The position numbers were made by a program, and so were the translations under genes. Below, piece after piece: positions 48,495-58,845 of a stretch of 64,000 nt of DNA; the stretch's first letter is position 1; the number at the start of each line of letters is the position of its first letter. Source of the DNA: an uncultured Sphingobacteriaceae bacterium (lineage in GTDB: Bacteria > Bacteroidota > Bacteroidia > Sphingobacteriales > Sphingobacteriaceae). The notes beneath the pieces were generated by a model, which saw nothing but the letters and a program-made list of their open reading frames with translations, made no database searches and was not told where the DNA came from. The stretch lies in contig CAYTDM010000009.1 in assembly GCA_964436635.1 (NCBI GenBank), forward strand, positions 959 to 64,958, in the 5' to 3' direction.

Positions 48495-48994
48495 GACTAA
48501 ATCCACCAAATAATTTGCCTGTACGCCCTACGACAGATATGGCGAAAGAAGCCTTGTTCAATATTTTACCTAATAAAATCACCTTAGAAAACTCAATTGT
48601 GCTGGATCTTTTTACCGGTACAGGTGGTATTGCTATCGAATTGGCATCGCGTGGAGCTTCCTATGTGGATGCAGTCGATATAAGTAATAAATGCGTACGG
48701 TACTTGCAAGAGATCAAGAAAAAATTGGAATTGAATGCTCTGAACGTTAAGAAGGCGAATGTATTTCAATATATCGAGCAATGCGACCAGACCTATGATT
48801 TAATTTTTGCAGATCCGCCCTATGATTTGGATAAATTAATTCAACTACCCAGCCTAATAAAAGAAAAAAAGCTGCTTAATGAAAATGGGTTGTTTGTACT
48901 GGAATTTCCTTCGCAAAGACTTTTATTAGAGAATCCTAAACCAGTAGAGGTGCGTAAATATGGAAATAGCTCCTTTGCATTTTATGAATTTTAA
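48461..48994 (+). CDS. rsmD: 16S rRNA (guanine966-N2)-methyltransferase
   Basis: MRIIGGKHKG start, a SAM motif (DLFTGTGGIAIE) and the DPPY catalytic motif. Confidence 0.9.
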   Translation: MRIIGGKHKGLRLNPPNNLPVRPTTDMAKEALFNILPNKITLENSIVLDLFTGTGGIAIELASRGASYVDAVDISNKCVRYLQEIKKKLELNALNVKKANVFQYIEQCDQTYDLIFADPPYDLDKLIQLPSLIKEKKLLNENGLFVLEFPSQRLLLENPKPVEVRKYGNSSFAFYEF

Positions 48995-49030
48995 GCTACC
49001 TTTATCAATAAATCTGAAAATCATAACACA

Positions 49031-49507
49031 TTGAAAAAAACAGCTGTTTTTCCAGGTTCTTTTGATCCATTTACAAACGCCCACTTAGATTTAGTGGAGC
49101 AAGCTTTAAAAGTATTTGATCATATTGTGATTGGAATAGGAGTCAATTCATCCAAAAAAGGGTTATTTGACACAGATACTCGTTTAAAAATGATTGAGAA
49201 AATTTTACAAGCCTATCCATCAGAACGGATTTCAGTGAAATTTTTCAATGGATTAACCGTGGATTTTTGTAAAAAAGAAAAGGCAACCTTTATATTTCGA
49301 GGGATTCGAAGTATTCAGGATTTCGAATCTGAGCGGGCCATTGCCGAACATAACCGAACCTTGAATCCAGAAATTCAAACAGTTTTCTTTGTGAGTCCAG
49401 GAAACTTATCCCACATTTCATCGACCATTATCCGGGAAATTATCTTAAATAAAGGCGATGTTAGTGCTTTTGTGCCCAAAGAAATACTTCCTTTCTTAGA
49501 TCAATAA
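49031..49507 (+). CDS. coaD: Pantetheine-phosphate adenylyltransferase
   Basis: FPGSFDPFTNAH (the HxGH-type motif) and ISSTIIRE. It uses a TTG start. Confidence 0.95.
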   Translation: MKKTAVFPGSFDPFTNAHLDLVEQALKVFDHIVIGIGVNSSKKGLFDTDTRLKMIEKILQAYPSERISVKFFNGLTVDFCKKEKATFIFRGIRSIQDFESERAIAEHNRTLNPEIQTVFFVSPGNLSHISSTIIREIILNKGDVSAFVPKEILPFLDQ

Positions 49508-49512
49508 ACTAT

Positions 49513-50469
49513 TTAATTCTCTATCACTACGCCCATTTTCTCGAACTTATCGATGCGTTCTGTTACGAGTGTGTCAGCGTCTTTTTTCTTTAAATAACTT
49601 AAATCTGACAATATTTGTTCTTTCACCGTGGTTGCAATCGCTTGCAAATCGGTGTGCGCTCCACCCAATGGTTCTTTGATGATGCCATCGATCAAGCCAT
49701 TGCCTAACATGTCATCCGCTGTTAATTTTAATGCTTCCGCTGCGCGCTCTTTTTGATCCCAGCTTCTCCATAAAATAGAAGAGCAAGATTCAGGTGAAAT
49801 TACCGAGTACCAGGTGTGTTCCAGCATGTAAACGCGATCACCCACACCGATTCCAAGTGCACCTCCAGAAGCTCCTTCACCGATTACAATACAAATAACA
49901 GGTACCTTCAATACGGACATTTCCAATAAGTTCCTTGCGATCGCTTCCCCTTGACCCCGTTCTTCGGCCTCTAAGCCAGGATAAGCACCCATAGTATCGA
50001 TTAATGTCACAATAGGCTTATTAAATTTCTCAGCCAATTTCATCAAACGAAGTGCTTTGCGATAGCCCTCAGGATTCGCCATCCCAAAATTTCTATATTG
50101 TCTTTCCTTCGTATTTTTTCCTTTTTGGTGCCCAATAATCATCACTGACTGACCATCAATGGAAGCAAACCCACCTACGATCGCCTTATCATCGCGTACG
50201 GTACGGTCGCCATGCATTTCAATAAAATCAGTACAGATTTCTTGAATATAATCCATGGTTTGAGGACGATCTGGATGCCTTGACATTTGGACTTTCTGCC
50301 ATCCAGTCAAGTTATTATATACTTCTATCTTCGTTGATTCTAATTTGCTTTCTAGCTCCACAATAGTAGCACTCATATCCACTTTGGTTTTTTCTGCTAC
50401 TTGTTTCACTTTTTCGATTTGACTCATTAAGTCAGCAATCGGTTTTTCAAAATCAAACATTGTTTTCAT
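49513..50469 (-). CDS. accA: Acetyl-CoA carboxylase carboxyltransferase subunit alpha
   Basis: FDFEKPI N-terminus and the [13 protein letters not shown] oxyanion region. I prefer the ATG at 50469 (MKTMFDF) to the TTG at 50502. Confidence 0.95.
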   Translation of the reverse strand: MKTMFDFEKPIADLMSQIEKVKQVAEKTKVDMSATIVELESKLESTKIEVYNNLTGWQKVQMSRHPDRPQTMDYIQEICTDFIEMHGDRTVRDDKAIVGGFASIDGQSVMIIGHQKGKNTKERQYRNFGMANPEGYRKALRLMKLAEKFNKPIVTLIDTMGAYPGLEAEERGQGEAIARNLLEMSVLKVPVICIVIGEGASGGALGIGVGDRVYMLEHTWYSVISPESCSSILWRSWDQKERAAEALKLTADDMLGNGLIDGIIKEPLGGAHTDLQAIATTVKEQILSDLSYLKKKDADTLVTERIDKFEKMGVVIEN

Positions 50470-50547
50470 TCGGCTAAGGTATGAATTTGTCTGGCTTTTC
50501 AAAAATTTAAAAGCAATTCCGAAAAAGAAGCATGGCGTACTTTTTGC

Positions 50548-50555
50548 TATATTTG
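50548..50555 (+). promoter_or_regulatory. Bacteroidota -7 promoter box (TATATTTG)
   Basis: Exact TAnnTTTG 16 nt upstream of the ATG at 50572. Confidence 0.45.
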
Positions 50556-50571
50556 TTAAAAATTTATTGAA

Positions 50572-52737
50572 ATGCCTAAGCTTTACAGATATATAATTGG
50601 ATTATTTTTGATCTTACACCATTTTGCGCATGGTCAAAATTTTGCGCGCCCTGTTTTTGAAAACAGCGTATTATCTGGAAATTATGGATACAGCTTGGTT
50701 TCCTATACCGGATACAGCTGGGTAGAAAATGTAAAAGGTCGTTTACCATTAAGCGATTCTATTCATTTCACACCTCCAAATGCCTTGTCCTTAAAATATA
50801 CGTCATCCCTGTATGGAAATTGGGAAACGAACGTATATTTTCCAGAACAAAAATCTTATCGATTATCTGCAAAAGACCAGCTTCTTTCCTTTCGCATTTA
50901 TTATACAAAAGAATTAAATTTGGATGTTTTACCTCATTTAGCCTTATTATATGGGGATACCTGTACGCAGAAAATCTCATTAAAAAGAGCATTTTTTCCA
51001 CTTGAAGTGAAGGAGCAGGAGTGGTTACAAATTAAAATTCCTGTGAATCAATTTGGCCAAAATCTGCAAAACATTTCTATTCAAGGCATTGTATTCTCCC
51101 AGGGCAATGTAACAGGCGTCGAAGCTGTCAATCATATTTTAATCGATCAAATCGAATTCATTCAATCCAATTATCAAGATTCTAATCTCTCGTTTCCAGC
51201 CGTTTTAAACAGTGTAAAAGCGTATGAGAGGCATGTGGATATTGAATGGCAAATTCCCTTGGATCCAGCAATTCGCTATGTGAAAATTTTCCGTTCATTA
51301 GATGGAAAGAATTTTGAAGCGATCGCCATTAGACCCATTCAGAATATTCGCTATACAGATATTTTACCGAGCAGCAATCGTGCCTATCACTATAAAATAT
51401 CCTGGTTAGATTATAAGTATAATGAATCGCCATCTTCTGCTATCGCAAAAGTTCAGGCCGAGCCTATGTCCGATGAAGAACTGTTAACTGCCATTCAGAT
51501 CGCCCATGTTAATTATTTTGACAAGTTTGCTGAGTTTAATAGCGGCATGCATAAAGTAAATTATTTCCAAGAAGATGCGAACGTGAATGTAGAGGAAACA
51601 GGCTATAGTTTATTAGCCAGTACGGTAGGCGTCGCAAATGGATGGATTTCGAATCGGATTTATCTAAGGAGAATCAATAGCATTGTAGATTTTTTAACCA
51701 ATGCCGCCGAAAGTAATTTCGGTGTCTATCCAAATTTACTTGATGGACGGAGTGGAAAAGGGGTTTATGATCAGGACACTGCGCGCTATGTGAGTCTATC
51801 TGCTACCGCTTCGATGATGCAGGGGTTATTAGTGGCGCGTTCCTACCTCGCAGATCGCCTTGCCTTACGCGAAGATGTCCAAGCAGATGAAAACAATGTG
51901 AATGATCGGCTTTCTGCCGCCATTGCGGGCATAGATGGCATTTGGAAAAAAGTGGAATGGAATCGCTTTGTAGACGGAGACTCGGTTTTATATGATTCAT
52001 GGTCACCACAATTTGGATTTAAAAATGCAAATAAATTAGGAGGATTTGGTCCATCAATGACTACGTATTTTATGGCTTTTGCTTCTCCCACGCATCCCAT
52101 ACCAAATGAACTATATTACCGAGGATTTAAAGAGAAAGAAGTAATAATAGGAGTAGACTCCTTAACGAATCTTCCATTGCATGAAATTATTCCATTCAAT
52201 ACCGATACGATGTTGTATGGAAACTTTTTAAAAGTGGGGCGCATCGATCAACATCTAATGGAAGCTTTTTATCCATTCTTAGCTTTCAATCCGAACAATT
52301 TGAAGGATGTGTACGCAAATTACGGAGATAATCTTCCACGATTAATTAAATCTTACAAAAGAAGGGATAACGAATTAAATATTGGTAATCGTTCGGCAGA
52401 TGTTTGGGGAACCGCGCAAGGAAGAGAGTTCGATCATCAATTACCGATCTTAGAACCAGCTATTTCTTTGTCGAGTTATGCTTTTACACCCGATGTTGCG
52501 AAGCGTTCAGCAAGAAGAATCTATGAGGAAATAGCACCTATTTTATTCACAGAATTTGGAATGAGAACTTGGATTAATTTACACGATCATCAGATCTCCG
52601 AGTCCTATAGGGCTTTAAACCAAGCGGCCATTCCCGTAATGATCGAAAATGGCCGCAGTGGATTAATTTGGAATTTATTTATGAATCATGTAGATATTAA
52701 ACGAATGACGAATTTGTTTTTCCAATTTACTGAATAA
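50572..52737 (+). CDS. Secreted glucoamylase-family ((alpha/alpha)6 barrel, GH144-like) protein with N-terminal beta-sandwich/FN3-like modules
   Basis: Signal peptide. The C-terminal block ...FGMRTWINL...[22 protein letters not shown] resembles the terminal signature of the Glycoamylase (PF10091) family as I recall it. Confidence 0.65.
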   Translation: MPKLYRYIIGLFLILHHFAHGQNFARPVFENSVLSGNYGYSLVSYTGYSWVENVKGRLPLSDSIHFTPPNALSLKYTSSLYGNWETNVYFPEQKSYRLSAKDQLLSFRIYYTKELNLDVLPHLALLYGDTCTQKISLKRAFFPLEVKEQEWLQIKIPVNQFGQNLQNISIQGIVFSQGNVTGVEAVNHILIDQIEFIQSNYQDSNLSFPAVLNSVKAYERHVDIEWQIPLDPAIRYVKIFRSLDGKNFEAIAIRPIQNIRYTDILPSSNRAYHYKISWLDYKYNESPSSAIAKVQAEPMSDEELLTAIQIAHVNYFDKFAEFNSGMHKVNYFQEDANVNVEETGYSLLASTVGVANGWISNRIYLRRINSIVDFLTNAAESNFGVYPNLLDGRSGKGVYDQDTARYVSLSATASMMQGLLVARSYLADRLALREDVQADENNVNDRLSAAIAGIDGIWKKVEWNRFVDGDSVLYDSWSPQFGFKNANKLGGFGPSMTTYFMAFASPTHPIPNELYYRGFKEKEVIIGVDSLTNLPLHEIIPFNTDTMLYGNFLKVGRIDQHLMEAFYPFLAFNPNNLKDVYANYGDNLPRLIKSYKRRDNELNIGNRSADVWGTAQGREFDHQLPILEPAISLSSYAFTPDVAKRSARRIYEEIAPILFTEFGMRTWINLHDHQISESYRALNQAAIPVMIENGRSGLIWNLFMNHVDIKRMTNLFFQFTE

Positions 52738-52757
52738 TAGTCTTAGATTCTTTATTC

Positions 52758-55502
52758 TTAGTGGTTGTATAACTGATTAAATAACAGCTTAAATGTTCCG
52801 TGTGCTTGGGCTCTGAAGGTAATTTCAGGACCAAATACATACAATGAACCTTTACCCACTTTTGCTTCGAAAGCATTTACACCATCTTTTAAGTACGATT
52901 CACCCCATGACCAACCGCTTCTTAAAGGAGTAGCTGTATCAAACCACATTAATGGAGTGATCGTTCCATTTGCAATGCTTTCAGCAGTTAATTTAAATAC
53001 TGGGCTTCTTGCAAAATAGATGTCTGTGTATTCTTCCATGCCCCAGTTTGCAGGATGATTAACAGCAGTTTTACTGCTTAACACACTGCCTGGAGTATAG
53101 TATTTTTCATTTGCTAAAGGAACTTCACGACCGTTCACCATTTCTACAAGTGCATTGCTTACTGGTAAATTCAAGTGGTTAGCTAAGTTCGCGCTGCTAC
53201 CGATGGTTACGATTTTACCACCTGCTTCTAAGAACTCTTTTAATGCAGGAATAGAATTTTCAGCGGTAATGCGGCCGACTCTGAATTGATGCTCAGCTGG
53301 AATGTTTGCCATGCTTTGGTTTCCACCAAATCCACCACCACCACCTTGTGAAACACCTGGAATTGCACCGCCTACAAATACGATCACATCATATTTCGAC
53401 TTCAAGTTTCCACCATCGATTTCAGGAGCAAAAATTAAGTTTAAATCAAAACCATATTGCTCACCAATCCAACGTACCCAACCAGAAGGCATAGATCCAC
53501 CATAAGTATCCCATAACGCAACACGGCTTGGTTTAACTGGGATGGTTTTAGGTTTAGCACCAGCAGCTTCTACGTGAATTCCTGTTTCGTTAACAAGCGT
53601 ACTTAATGTTGTTTTTGCTTTTGCAGTTGCTTGAACATAAAAATCTCCATTTGCTGTTGATCTTTCTACTGCAACTCCTTGATCCAATAAGCCGTTCACA
53701 ACTTTGTATGAATCATTTGCTTTCGCACTTAACACGTAGAATTTACCGTTTGGCAACGAACTTTGTGGAACAGGTAATAATTTTCCAGTTTCCAATTTTT
53801 CAAATGGACCAGTAAAATCATCTTGATAACGATCAAATTTCACGTTCATCAAGAATGCTGGTGTCCAACCTGCTGCATCATATGGAGGGATCGGAGGGCC
53901 TCCTTCATATTGGAAATCATTCGGGTGATCTTGTGGCTCGAACATATCCAAAACGTGTGGACGGAATGCTTGATCCGTTTTTACGATGTAACTGCCTTTT
54001 TTATAGTTTTTACCCGCTACTGTAAAGTCTGAAGTGGCTTGGTGTACCACAACACCAGTACGGATTAAGGAATTCAAGAATTTAACAGCTGTAGGGAAGT
54101 CTACTTGATCCGATGGAATGATGTATCCTCTTGGATCTCTAAAGTTTGAGTTTTTAATCACTTGATCTAAGTGCTCAAGGGAGCTTCCTCCACGACCACC
54201 CATGCCAGCTGCAGAACGTTGTCCACCTGCACTTGCTTGTTGTCTTGCACGCTCATCTTGTATCGACTGGTTAATGGCGTCAATTTTAGTTGGAGAAAAT
54301 GACCAAGTATCTTTACTTCCTTTTTCTATGGAGTTACGCCCCATTTTATAGATGTTAAACAATACTTTATCGCTGTTTCTTGATGCATAATCCAAGACAG
54401 CGTAATTCATCGTTACTGAATAGTCAATGGATTGTCTGAAGTGCCAAATTTGTGGCAATACAGGGTTAGGAGTATCTCCATTTGGCAACAATCTTGAAGG
54501 AACCAAAGGAATTTGATAAGGAGTTGGGCCACCAATGGTCTCTGTTAACAAACCAGCAATATTATGGAAATATGTAGTCGTTCTTAAACCACCATTGTAC
54601 CAAGTTGAGAATACCGATCCGCCTCTTTGGGTATAACCAGGTTTATCTTCTGAATTTAAACGCGTATGCATCGCTGCACCTAATGCGTCTAAGGTAGTCA
54701 TCAAAATTGGATCGAACACATAGTTATGAGGGTCACGGTAAGGTGCACCCGCTACCACGGCACCTGCTGGAGCAGTTTGGTGGTGATTATACATGATTTG
54801 TGGAATCCATTCAACGAATAATTGACGAGCGATATTTTGAGATTCTTTCATGTTTAACATAAAGAAATCACGGTTGTTATCGTGTCCAATATATTTATGG
54901 TACATGGTTGGGATACCTGATAAAGAACGTTTAGTTGGATCACTCTCTCTCATATACCAGTTACTTACTAATTCTTGACCATCTGGATTCGCATGAACTA
55001 ATAAAATGATGGACTTATCTAAAATAGATAAGGTTTCTTCATCTGTTCTGCTTGCTAACTGATAAGCCATTTCGATTAATTGTTGCATCGCAACGGTTTC
55101 AGTTGAGTGCAAACCACCGTCAATCCAAACGACAGCCTTACCCTCTTTGGCTAATTTACGTGCTTCTGCTTCAGAAATTTCAGCACGCGCCATTTTTTGA
55201 GAAATTTCTTTGTAATGATCTAATTTCTTCATGTTTTCAGGAGAGGAAACAATCATCATATATTGTCTTCTTCCTTCTTCAGTTTCTCCAATGTCTACCA
55301 ATTTTAGTCGATCAGAAGCTGCGTCTAATTTCTTAAAATAAGCCTCTGTTTGTGTAAAGTTGGCTAATTGGTAGTCATCCCCAATGTTAAAACCAAAGTG
55401 GGATTTGGGTGTTGGTATGTTCGATTGCGCCCAGGACTTTATAGGTACTGAAAGAATCAGGAACATAAAACACAAGCTTAATAAGCGATTTGTTAGTTTC
55501 AT
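52758..55502 (-). CDS. Large M14-family metallocarboxypeptidase-like protein
   Basis: HxxE zinc motif (GGLHSTETV), HANPDG, and a signal peptide. I chose the ATG at 55502 because a -7 box at 55542-55549 overlaps the ORF-track start. Confidence 0.85.
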   Translation of the reverse strand: MKLTNRLLSLCFMFLILSVPIKSWAQSNIPTPKSHFGFNIGDDYQLANFTQTEAYFKKLDAASDRLKLVDIGETEEGRRQYMMIVSSPENMKKLDHYKEISQKMARAEISEAEARKLAKEGKAVVWIDGGLHSTETVAMQQLIEMAYQLASRTDEETLSILDKSIILLVHANPDGQELVSNWYMRESDPTKRSLSGIPTMYHKYIGHDNNRDFFMLNMKESQNIARQLFVEWIPQIMYNHHQTAPAGAVVAGAPYRDPHNYVFDPILMTTLDALGAAMHTRLNSEDKPGYTQRGGSVFSTWYNGGLRTTTYFHNIAGLLTETIGGPTPYQIPLVPSRLLPNGDTPNPVLPQIWHFRQSIDYSVTMNYAVLDYASRNSDKVLFNIYKMGRNSIEKGSKDTWSFSPTKIDAINQSIQDERARQQASAGGQRSAAGMGGRGGSSLEHLDQVIKNSNFRDPRGYIIPSDQVDFPTAVKFLNSLIRTGVVVHQATSDFTVAGKNYKKGSYIVKTDQAFRPHVLDMFEPQDHPNDFQYEGGPPIPPYDAAGWTPAFLMNVKFDRYQDDFTGPFEKLETGKLLPVPQSSLPNGKFYVLSAKANDSYKVVNGLLDQGVAVERSTANGDFYVQATAKAKTTLSTLVNETGIHVEAAGAKPKTIPVKPSRVALWDTYGGSMPSGWVRWIGEQYGFDLNLIFAPEIDGGNLKSKYDVIVFVGGAIPGVSQGGGGGFGGNQSMANIPAEHQFRVGRITAENSIPALKEFLEAGGKIVTIGSSANLANHLNLPVSNALVEMVNGREVPLANEKYYTPGSVLSSKTAVNHPANWGMEEYTDIYFARSPVFKLTAESIANGTITPLMWFDTATPLRSGWSWGESYLKDGVNAFEAKVGKGSLYVFGPEITFRAQAHGTFKLLFNQLYNH

Positions 55503-55541
55503 ATTGCTGTTATTATTGATAAATTGGTTATTGCTAATGCC

Positions 55542-55549
55542 CAAAGTTA
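55542..55549 (-). promoter_or_regulatory. Bacteroidota -7 promoter box (TAACTTTG)
   Basis: Exact TAnnTTTG on the minus strand, 39 nt upstream of the ATG at 55502. Confidence 0.4.
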
Positions 55550-55695
55550 AGAATATCCCGTATTAATGAATGGGTGTTTCTTATTTGTTACGAAGCTAAA
55601 ATAGGAGGGAAATTAAGCGAAAATTCTACCACTGAATTATGAAGAAAGGGTAATGAATTATGAATTAAGGGAAGTGAATTGAAAATCTTGCGGTT

Positions 55696-56193
55696 TTATG
55701 TACTCTTTATTTTTTCCAATACTTGAAAATGGTAATCATAGGCGTGCCGATCATCCGCTTGATGATGTTCTTCTTGTAGAATCGACCATTCATCACTTGC
55801 CAATTCAGGAAAAAAGGCGTCTGCATCCAGTTGAACATTTACATTAGTTAAATAAATGCGATCAGCCAATGGAAGGGTTTGTTTATATATTTCTGCGCCT
55901 CCTATAATAAATACTTCTGTTTCGTTGGCACAAATTTGAAGCGCCTTCTCTATCGAGTTAACGGTTTCTACCTTTGTTGGATCAAGCTGTAGATTCCTGG
56001 AAATTACTATATTTCTTCGGTTTGGAAGGGGTCTCCCAATGGATTCATAGGTCTTTCTTCCCATAATCACCGTATGTCCACTGGTAATCTGTTTGAAAAA
56101 TTTCAAATCATTCGGCAAATGCCATAATAATTGATTGTTTTTACCAATACCATGATTTATACTTTTGGCGACAATCAATGAAATTTTAGGCAT
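55696..56193 (-). CDS. folA: Dihydrofolate reductase
   Basis: ISLIVA...GIGKNNQLLWHLPNDLKFFK..T.GHTVIMGRKTYESIGRPLPNR pattern. Confidence 0.95.
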   Translation of the reverse strand: MPKISLIVAKSINHGIGKNNQLLWHLPNDLKFFKQITSGHTVIMGRKTYESIGRPLPNRRNIVISRNLQLDPTKVETVNSIEKALQICANETEVFIIGGAEIYKQTLPLADRIYLTNVNVQLDADAFFPELASDEWSILQEEHHQADDRHAYDYHFQVLEKIKST

Positions 56194-56224
56194 TTTTAAA
56201 TGAATTTATGAGTATTAGATGTCT

Positions 56225-57046
56225 TTAAACGGCTACAGGTGCTTTAATATGTGATTGAGGTTCGTATCCAATTAGTTCGAAATCTTCAAACTTAAAGTCG
56301 AATAAATCTTTAATATCCGGATTAATTTTCATTGTCGGCAAGGTGCCAGGAGTACGGCTTAATTGCAACTCAGTTTGCTCAAAATGATTCCTATATAAGT
56401 GTGCATCACCAAAAGTATGAATAAATTCACCTGCTTCGTAATCGCAAACCTGGGCTACCATCATGGTTAACAACGCATAAGAGGCAATGTTAAACGGCAC
56501 GCCTAAAAAGATGTCGGCACTCCTTTGGTAAAGCTGACAAGATAATTGAGGTTTGTGCAAACCTTTTTCAGGGTTTGCGGGAGCTACATAAAACTGAAAA
56601 AACGCATGACAAGGAGGCAAAGCCATTTTTTCAATTTCCCCCACATTCCAAGCTGAGACAATAATTCTTCTGGAATCTGGATTGTGCTTTAATTGATGCA
56701 GGACTTGCTTTATTTGATCAATATATTGTCCATCTGCACTTGGCCAAGAACGCCATTGGGAACCATAAACAGGCCCTAAATTACCTTGTTCATCTGCCCA
56801 CTCATCCCAAATACTGACCCCATTTTCCTTTAAATAGGCGATGTTGGTTTCACCTTTTAAGAACCAAATTAATTCATGGATAATGGACCGCAAATGCAGC
56901 TTTTTCGTCGTCACAATCGGGAAACCCTTTTTTAAATCGAAACGCATTTGATAGCCAAATACACTTCTCGTACCGGTACCCGTACGATCTTCTTTATCTA
57001 CTCCATGGGTGTAAACATGGCGCATTAAATCTAGATATTGCTGCAT
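56225..57046 (-). CDS. thyA: Thymidylate synthase (ThyA)
   Basis: MQQYLDL...DRTGTGT...LPPCH active-site Cys context. Confidence 0.95.
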   Translation of the reverse strand: MQQYLDLMRHVYTHGVDKEDRTGTGTRSVFGYQMRFDLKKGFPIVTTKKLHLRSIIHELIWFLKGETNIAYLKENGVSIWDEWADEQGNLGPVYGSQWRSWPSADGQYIDQIKQVLHQLKHNPDSRRIIVSAWNVGEIEKMALPPCHAFFQFYVAPANPEKGLHKPQLSCQLYQRSADIFLGVPFNIASYALLTMMVAQVCDYEAGEFIHTFGDAHLYRNHFEQTELQLSRTPGTLPTMKINPDIKDLFDFKFEDFELIGYEPQSHIKAPVAV

Positions 57047-57093
57047 AGGATAATTGCTTTGTGTGGAGGTAAAGATACATAATTTTTTTTATG

Positions 57094-57101
57094 TAATTTT
57101 G
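57094..57101 (+). promoter_or_regulatory. Bacteroidota -7 promoter box (TAATTTTG) for mtaB
   Basis: Exact TAnnTTTG 8 nt upstream of the ATG at 57110. Confidence 0.45.
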
Positions 57102-57109
57102 CACCGAAC

Positions 57110-58432
57110 ATGATGAATAAAAAAGTAGCGTTTTACACGTTAGGGTGTAAATTAAATTTTTCAGAAACGTCTTCCATCGGTCGGCAATTCCAACAAGCTG
57201 GATATCAAACGGTCTCATTTACAGAGGCGGCAGATGTCTATGTCATTAATACCTGCTCTGTTACGGATCATGCGGATCGCAAATGCAGGAAGGTAGTTAA
57301 AGAAGCGTTAAAGCATTCTCCAAACGCTTATATCACGATTGTAGGTTGCTATGCGCAATTAAAACCTCAAGAGATCGCGGATATACCGGGTGTGGACATG
57401 GTGTTAGGCGCTGCAGAAAAGTTTAACATCATCGAGCACATTAATGATTTAACCAAATTGCCAAAGGCGGTGATTCATAATGAGCCGATCGAGCAAACCA
57501 ATGTGTTCATTCCTGCTTTTTCAATTGGTGATCGCACGAGAACTTTTTTAAAGGTGCAGGATGGTTGTGATTATTCCTGTACGTTTTGTACCATTCCACA
57601 AGCTCGTGGAGCCAGCCGAAGTGGTAAAATAGAGGAAATCGTTGCGCAAGCGGAAGAAATTGCTGCCTCAGGAGTTAAGGAAATCGTGCTAACGGGTGTA
57701 AATATTGGGGATTTCGGGATTCGTGAAGGTCAACGGGAAGATAAATTCTTTGATTTAGTGCAGGCTTTGGATAAGGTTGAAGGAATAGATCGTTTTAGAA
57801 TTTCATCGATCGAACCTAATTTATTGGCGGATGAAATTATCGAATTTGTGGCACAATCTAAACGATTCGTTCCGCACTTTCACATGCCATTGCAGTCGGG
57901 ATCAAATAAAATTTTAGGCAAAATGCGTAGGCGGTATAAGAGGGAGTTGTACGCGCAACGGGTAGAAAAAATTAAGAAATTAATGCCGAATTGTTGTATA
58001 GGTGTGGATGTGATCGTGGGATTCCCGGGCGAAACGAAGGAAGACTTTTTGGATACCTATGAGTTTTTAAACGGATTAGACATTTCGTATTTACACGTTT
58101 TTACGTATTCAGAGCGGGAGAATACGATCGCTGCGCAAATGGAAGGTGTGATTCCGAATGCCCAAAGAAGTGACCGGAGTAAAATGTTGCATATTTTGTC
58201 CGATAAAAAAAGAAGGGCGTTTTACGAATCGCAGTTAGGCACGACAGAGGAGGTTTTATTAGAAGGAGATATTAAGGAAGGGATGATGCATGGTTTTACA
58301 AGAAACTATGTTAAAGTATGCACCCCTTATGATCCGCTGTTGGTAAATGAGGTAATTTCAGTGAAATTATTATCTATTGGAGAGACAGGAGATGTGCAAG
58401 TAGATCCTGTAGCGGTTTATGAAAGCCATTAG
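57110..58432 (+). CDS. mtaB: tRNA (t6A37) methylthiotransferase MtaB (radical SAM)
   Basis: UPF0004 N-domain Cys triad (YTLGCKLN...NTCSV...GC), radical-SAM CDYSCTFC, and a C-terminal TRAM domain. Confidence 0.9.
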   Translation: MMNKKVAFYTLGCKLNFSETSSIGRQFQQAGYQTVSFTEAADVYVINTCSVTDHADRKCRKVVKEALKHSPNAYITIVGCYAQLKPQEIADIPGVDMVLGAAEKFNIIEHINDLTKLPKAVIHNEPIEQTNVFIPAFSIGDRTRTFLKVQDGCDYSCTFCTIPQARGASRSGKIEEIVAQAEEIAASGVKEIVLTGVNIGDFGIREGQREDKFFDLVQALDKVEGIDRFRISSIEPNLLADEIIEFVAQSKRFVPHFHMPLQSGSNKILGKMRRRYKRELYAQRVEKIKKLMPNCCIGVDVIVGFPGETKEDFLDTYEFLNGLDISYLHVFTYSERENTIAAQMEGVIPNAQRSDRSKMLHILSDKKRRAFYESQLGTTEEVLLEGDIKEGMMHGFTRNYVKVCTPYDPLLVNEVISVKLLSIGETGDVQVDPVAVYESH

Positions 58433-58541
58433 GTCGATCGGTAGAGGACTTGCATGAAAAATAATTGTCAAGATTATCAGGTAGTTTTACATTAAGTGAT
58501 AAAAAAAATCTAAAAAAGTTTTAAAACTCCAAAAAAGGGAC

Positions 58542-58549
58542 TACATTTG
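58542..58549 (+). promoter_or_regulatory. Bacteroidota -7 promoter box (TACATTTG) for the tRNA-Phe/Val locus
   Basis: Exact TAnnTTTG 45 nt upstream of the tRNA-Phe 5' end. Confidence 0.45.
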
Positions 58550-58594
58550 CATTCCCGAAAACGATAAGCCACTCGCTTTAGTTAAACGGAAAAA

Positions 58595-58667
58595 GGTACC
58601 ATAGCTCAGTTGGTAGAGCAAAGGACTGAAAATCCTTGTGTCGCTGGTTCGAATCCAGCTGGTACCA
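58595..58667 (+). tRNA. tRNA-Phe (anticodon GAA)
   Basis: Cloverleaf read by hand: acceptor GGTACCA/TGGTACC, D arm GCTC/GAGC, anticodon arm AAGGA/TCCTT with loop CTGAAAA, T arm GCTGG/CCAGC with TTCGAAT. CCA is not encoded. Confidence 0.95.
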
Positions 58668-58670
58668 CAA

Positions 58671-58696
58671 AAGCTTCGGGAAACCGGAGCTTTTTT
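58671..58696 (+). terminator. GAAA-tetraloop hairpin plus T6 between the two tRNA genes (terminator-like or processing element)
   Basis: AAGCTTCGG-GAAA-CCGGAGCTT (one G-U pair) followed by TTTTTT. It starts 3 nt after tRNA-Phe and ends 7 nt before tRNA-Val. Confidence 0.5.
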
Positions 58697-58703
58697 CATT
58701 TAA

Positions 58704-58778
58704 GGGAAATTAGCTCAGTTGGTTTAGAGCACTACCTCGACAAGGTAGGGGTCACTGGTTCGAGCCCAGTATTTCCCA
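58704..58778 (+). tRNA. tRNA-Val (anticodon GAC) with apparent C at position 33
   Basis: Acceptor GGGAAAT/ATTTCCC, D arm GCTC/GAGC, anticodon arm CTACC/GGTAG with loop TCGACAA, T arm ACTGG/CCAGT with TTCGAGC, discriminator A. CCA is not encoded. Confidence 0.85.
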
Positions 58779-58794
58779 CAGAATTATTGAAATG

Positions 58795-58826
58795 AAAAGG
58801 CCTTTGGATTACCAAAGGCCTTTTTT
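58795..58826. terminator. Bidirectional rho-independent terminator
   Basis: AAAAGGCCTTTGG-atta-CCAAAGGCCTTTT with a T-run, between tRNA-Val (+) and the oxidoreductase gene (-). Confidence 0.8.
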
Positions 58827-58845
58827 GTGCGTAATGTTTTTGTTT

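Noticed and set aside
55630-55690. Cluster of TGAATT / AGGGNANTGAATT short repeats between folA and the large M14 gene
   Set aside because: The motifs are short, degenerate and AT-rich with irregular spacing. They are indistinguishable from compositional noise without comparative data.
58546-58562. 16 of 17 nt match (TTTGCATTCCCGAAAAC versus TTTTCATTCCCGAAAAC at 63387-63403) downstream of two promoter-like regions
   Set aside because: A 13-mer exact match is expected many times by chance in 64 kb on two strands, and the flanks do not extend the similarity.
58610-58795. 61-aa ORF on the plus strand
   Set aside because: It lies entirely across tRNA-Phe, the inter-tRNA hairpin and tRNA-Val.
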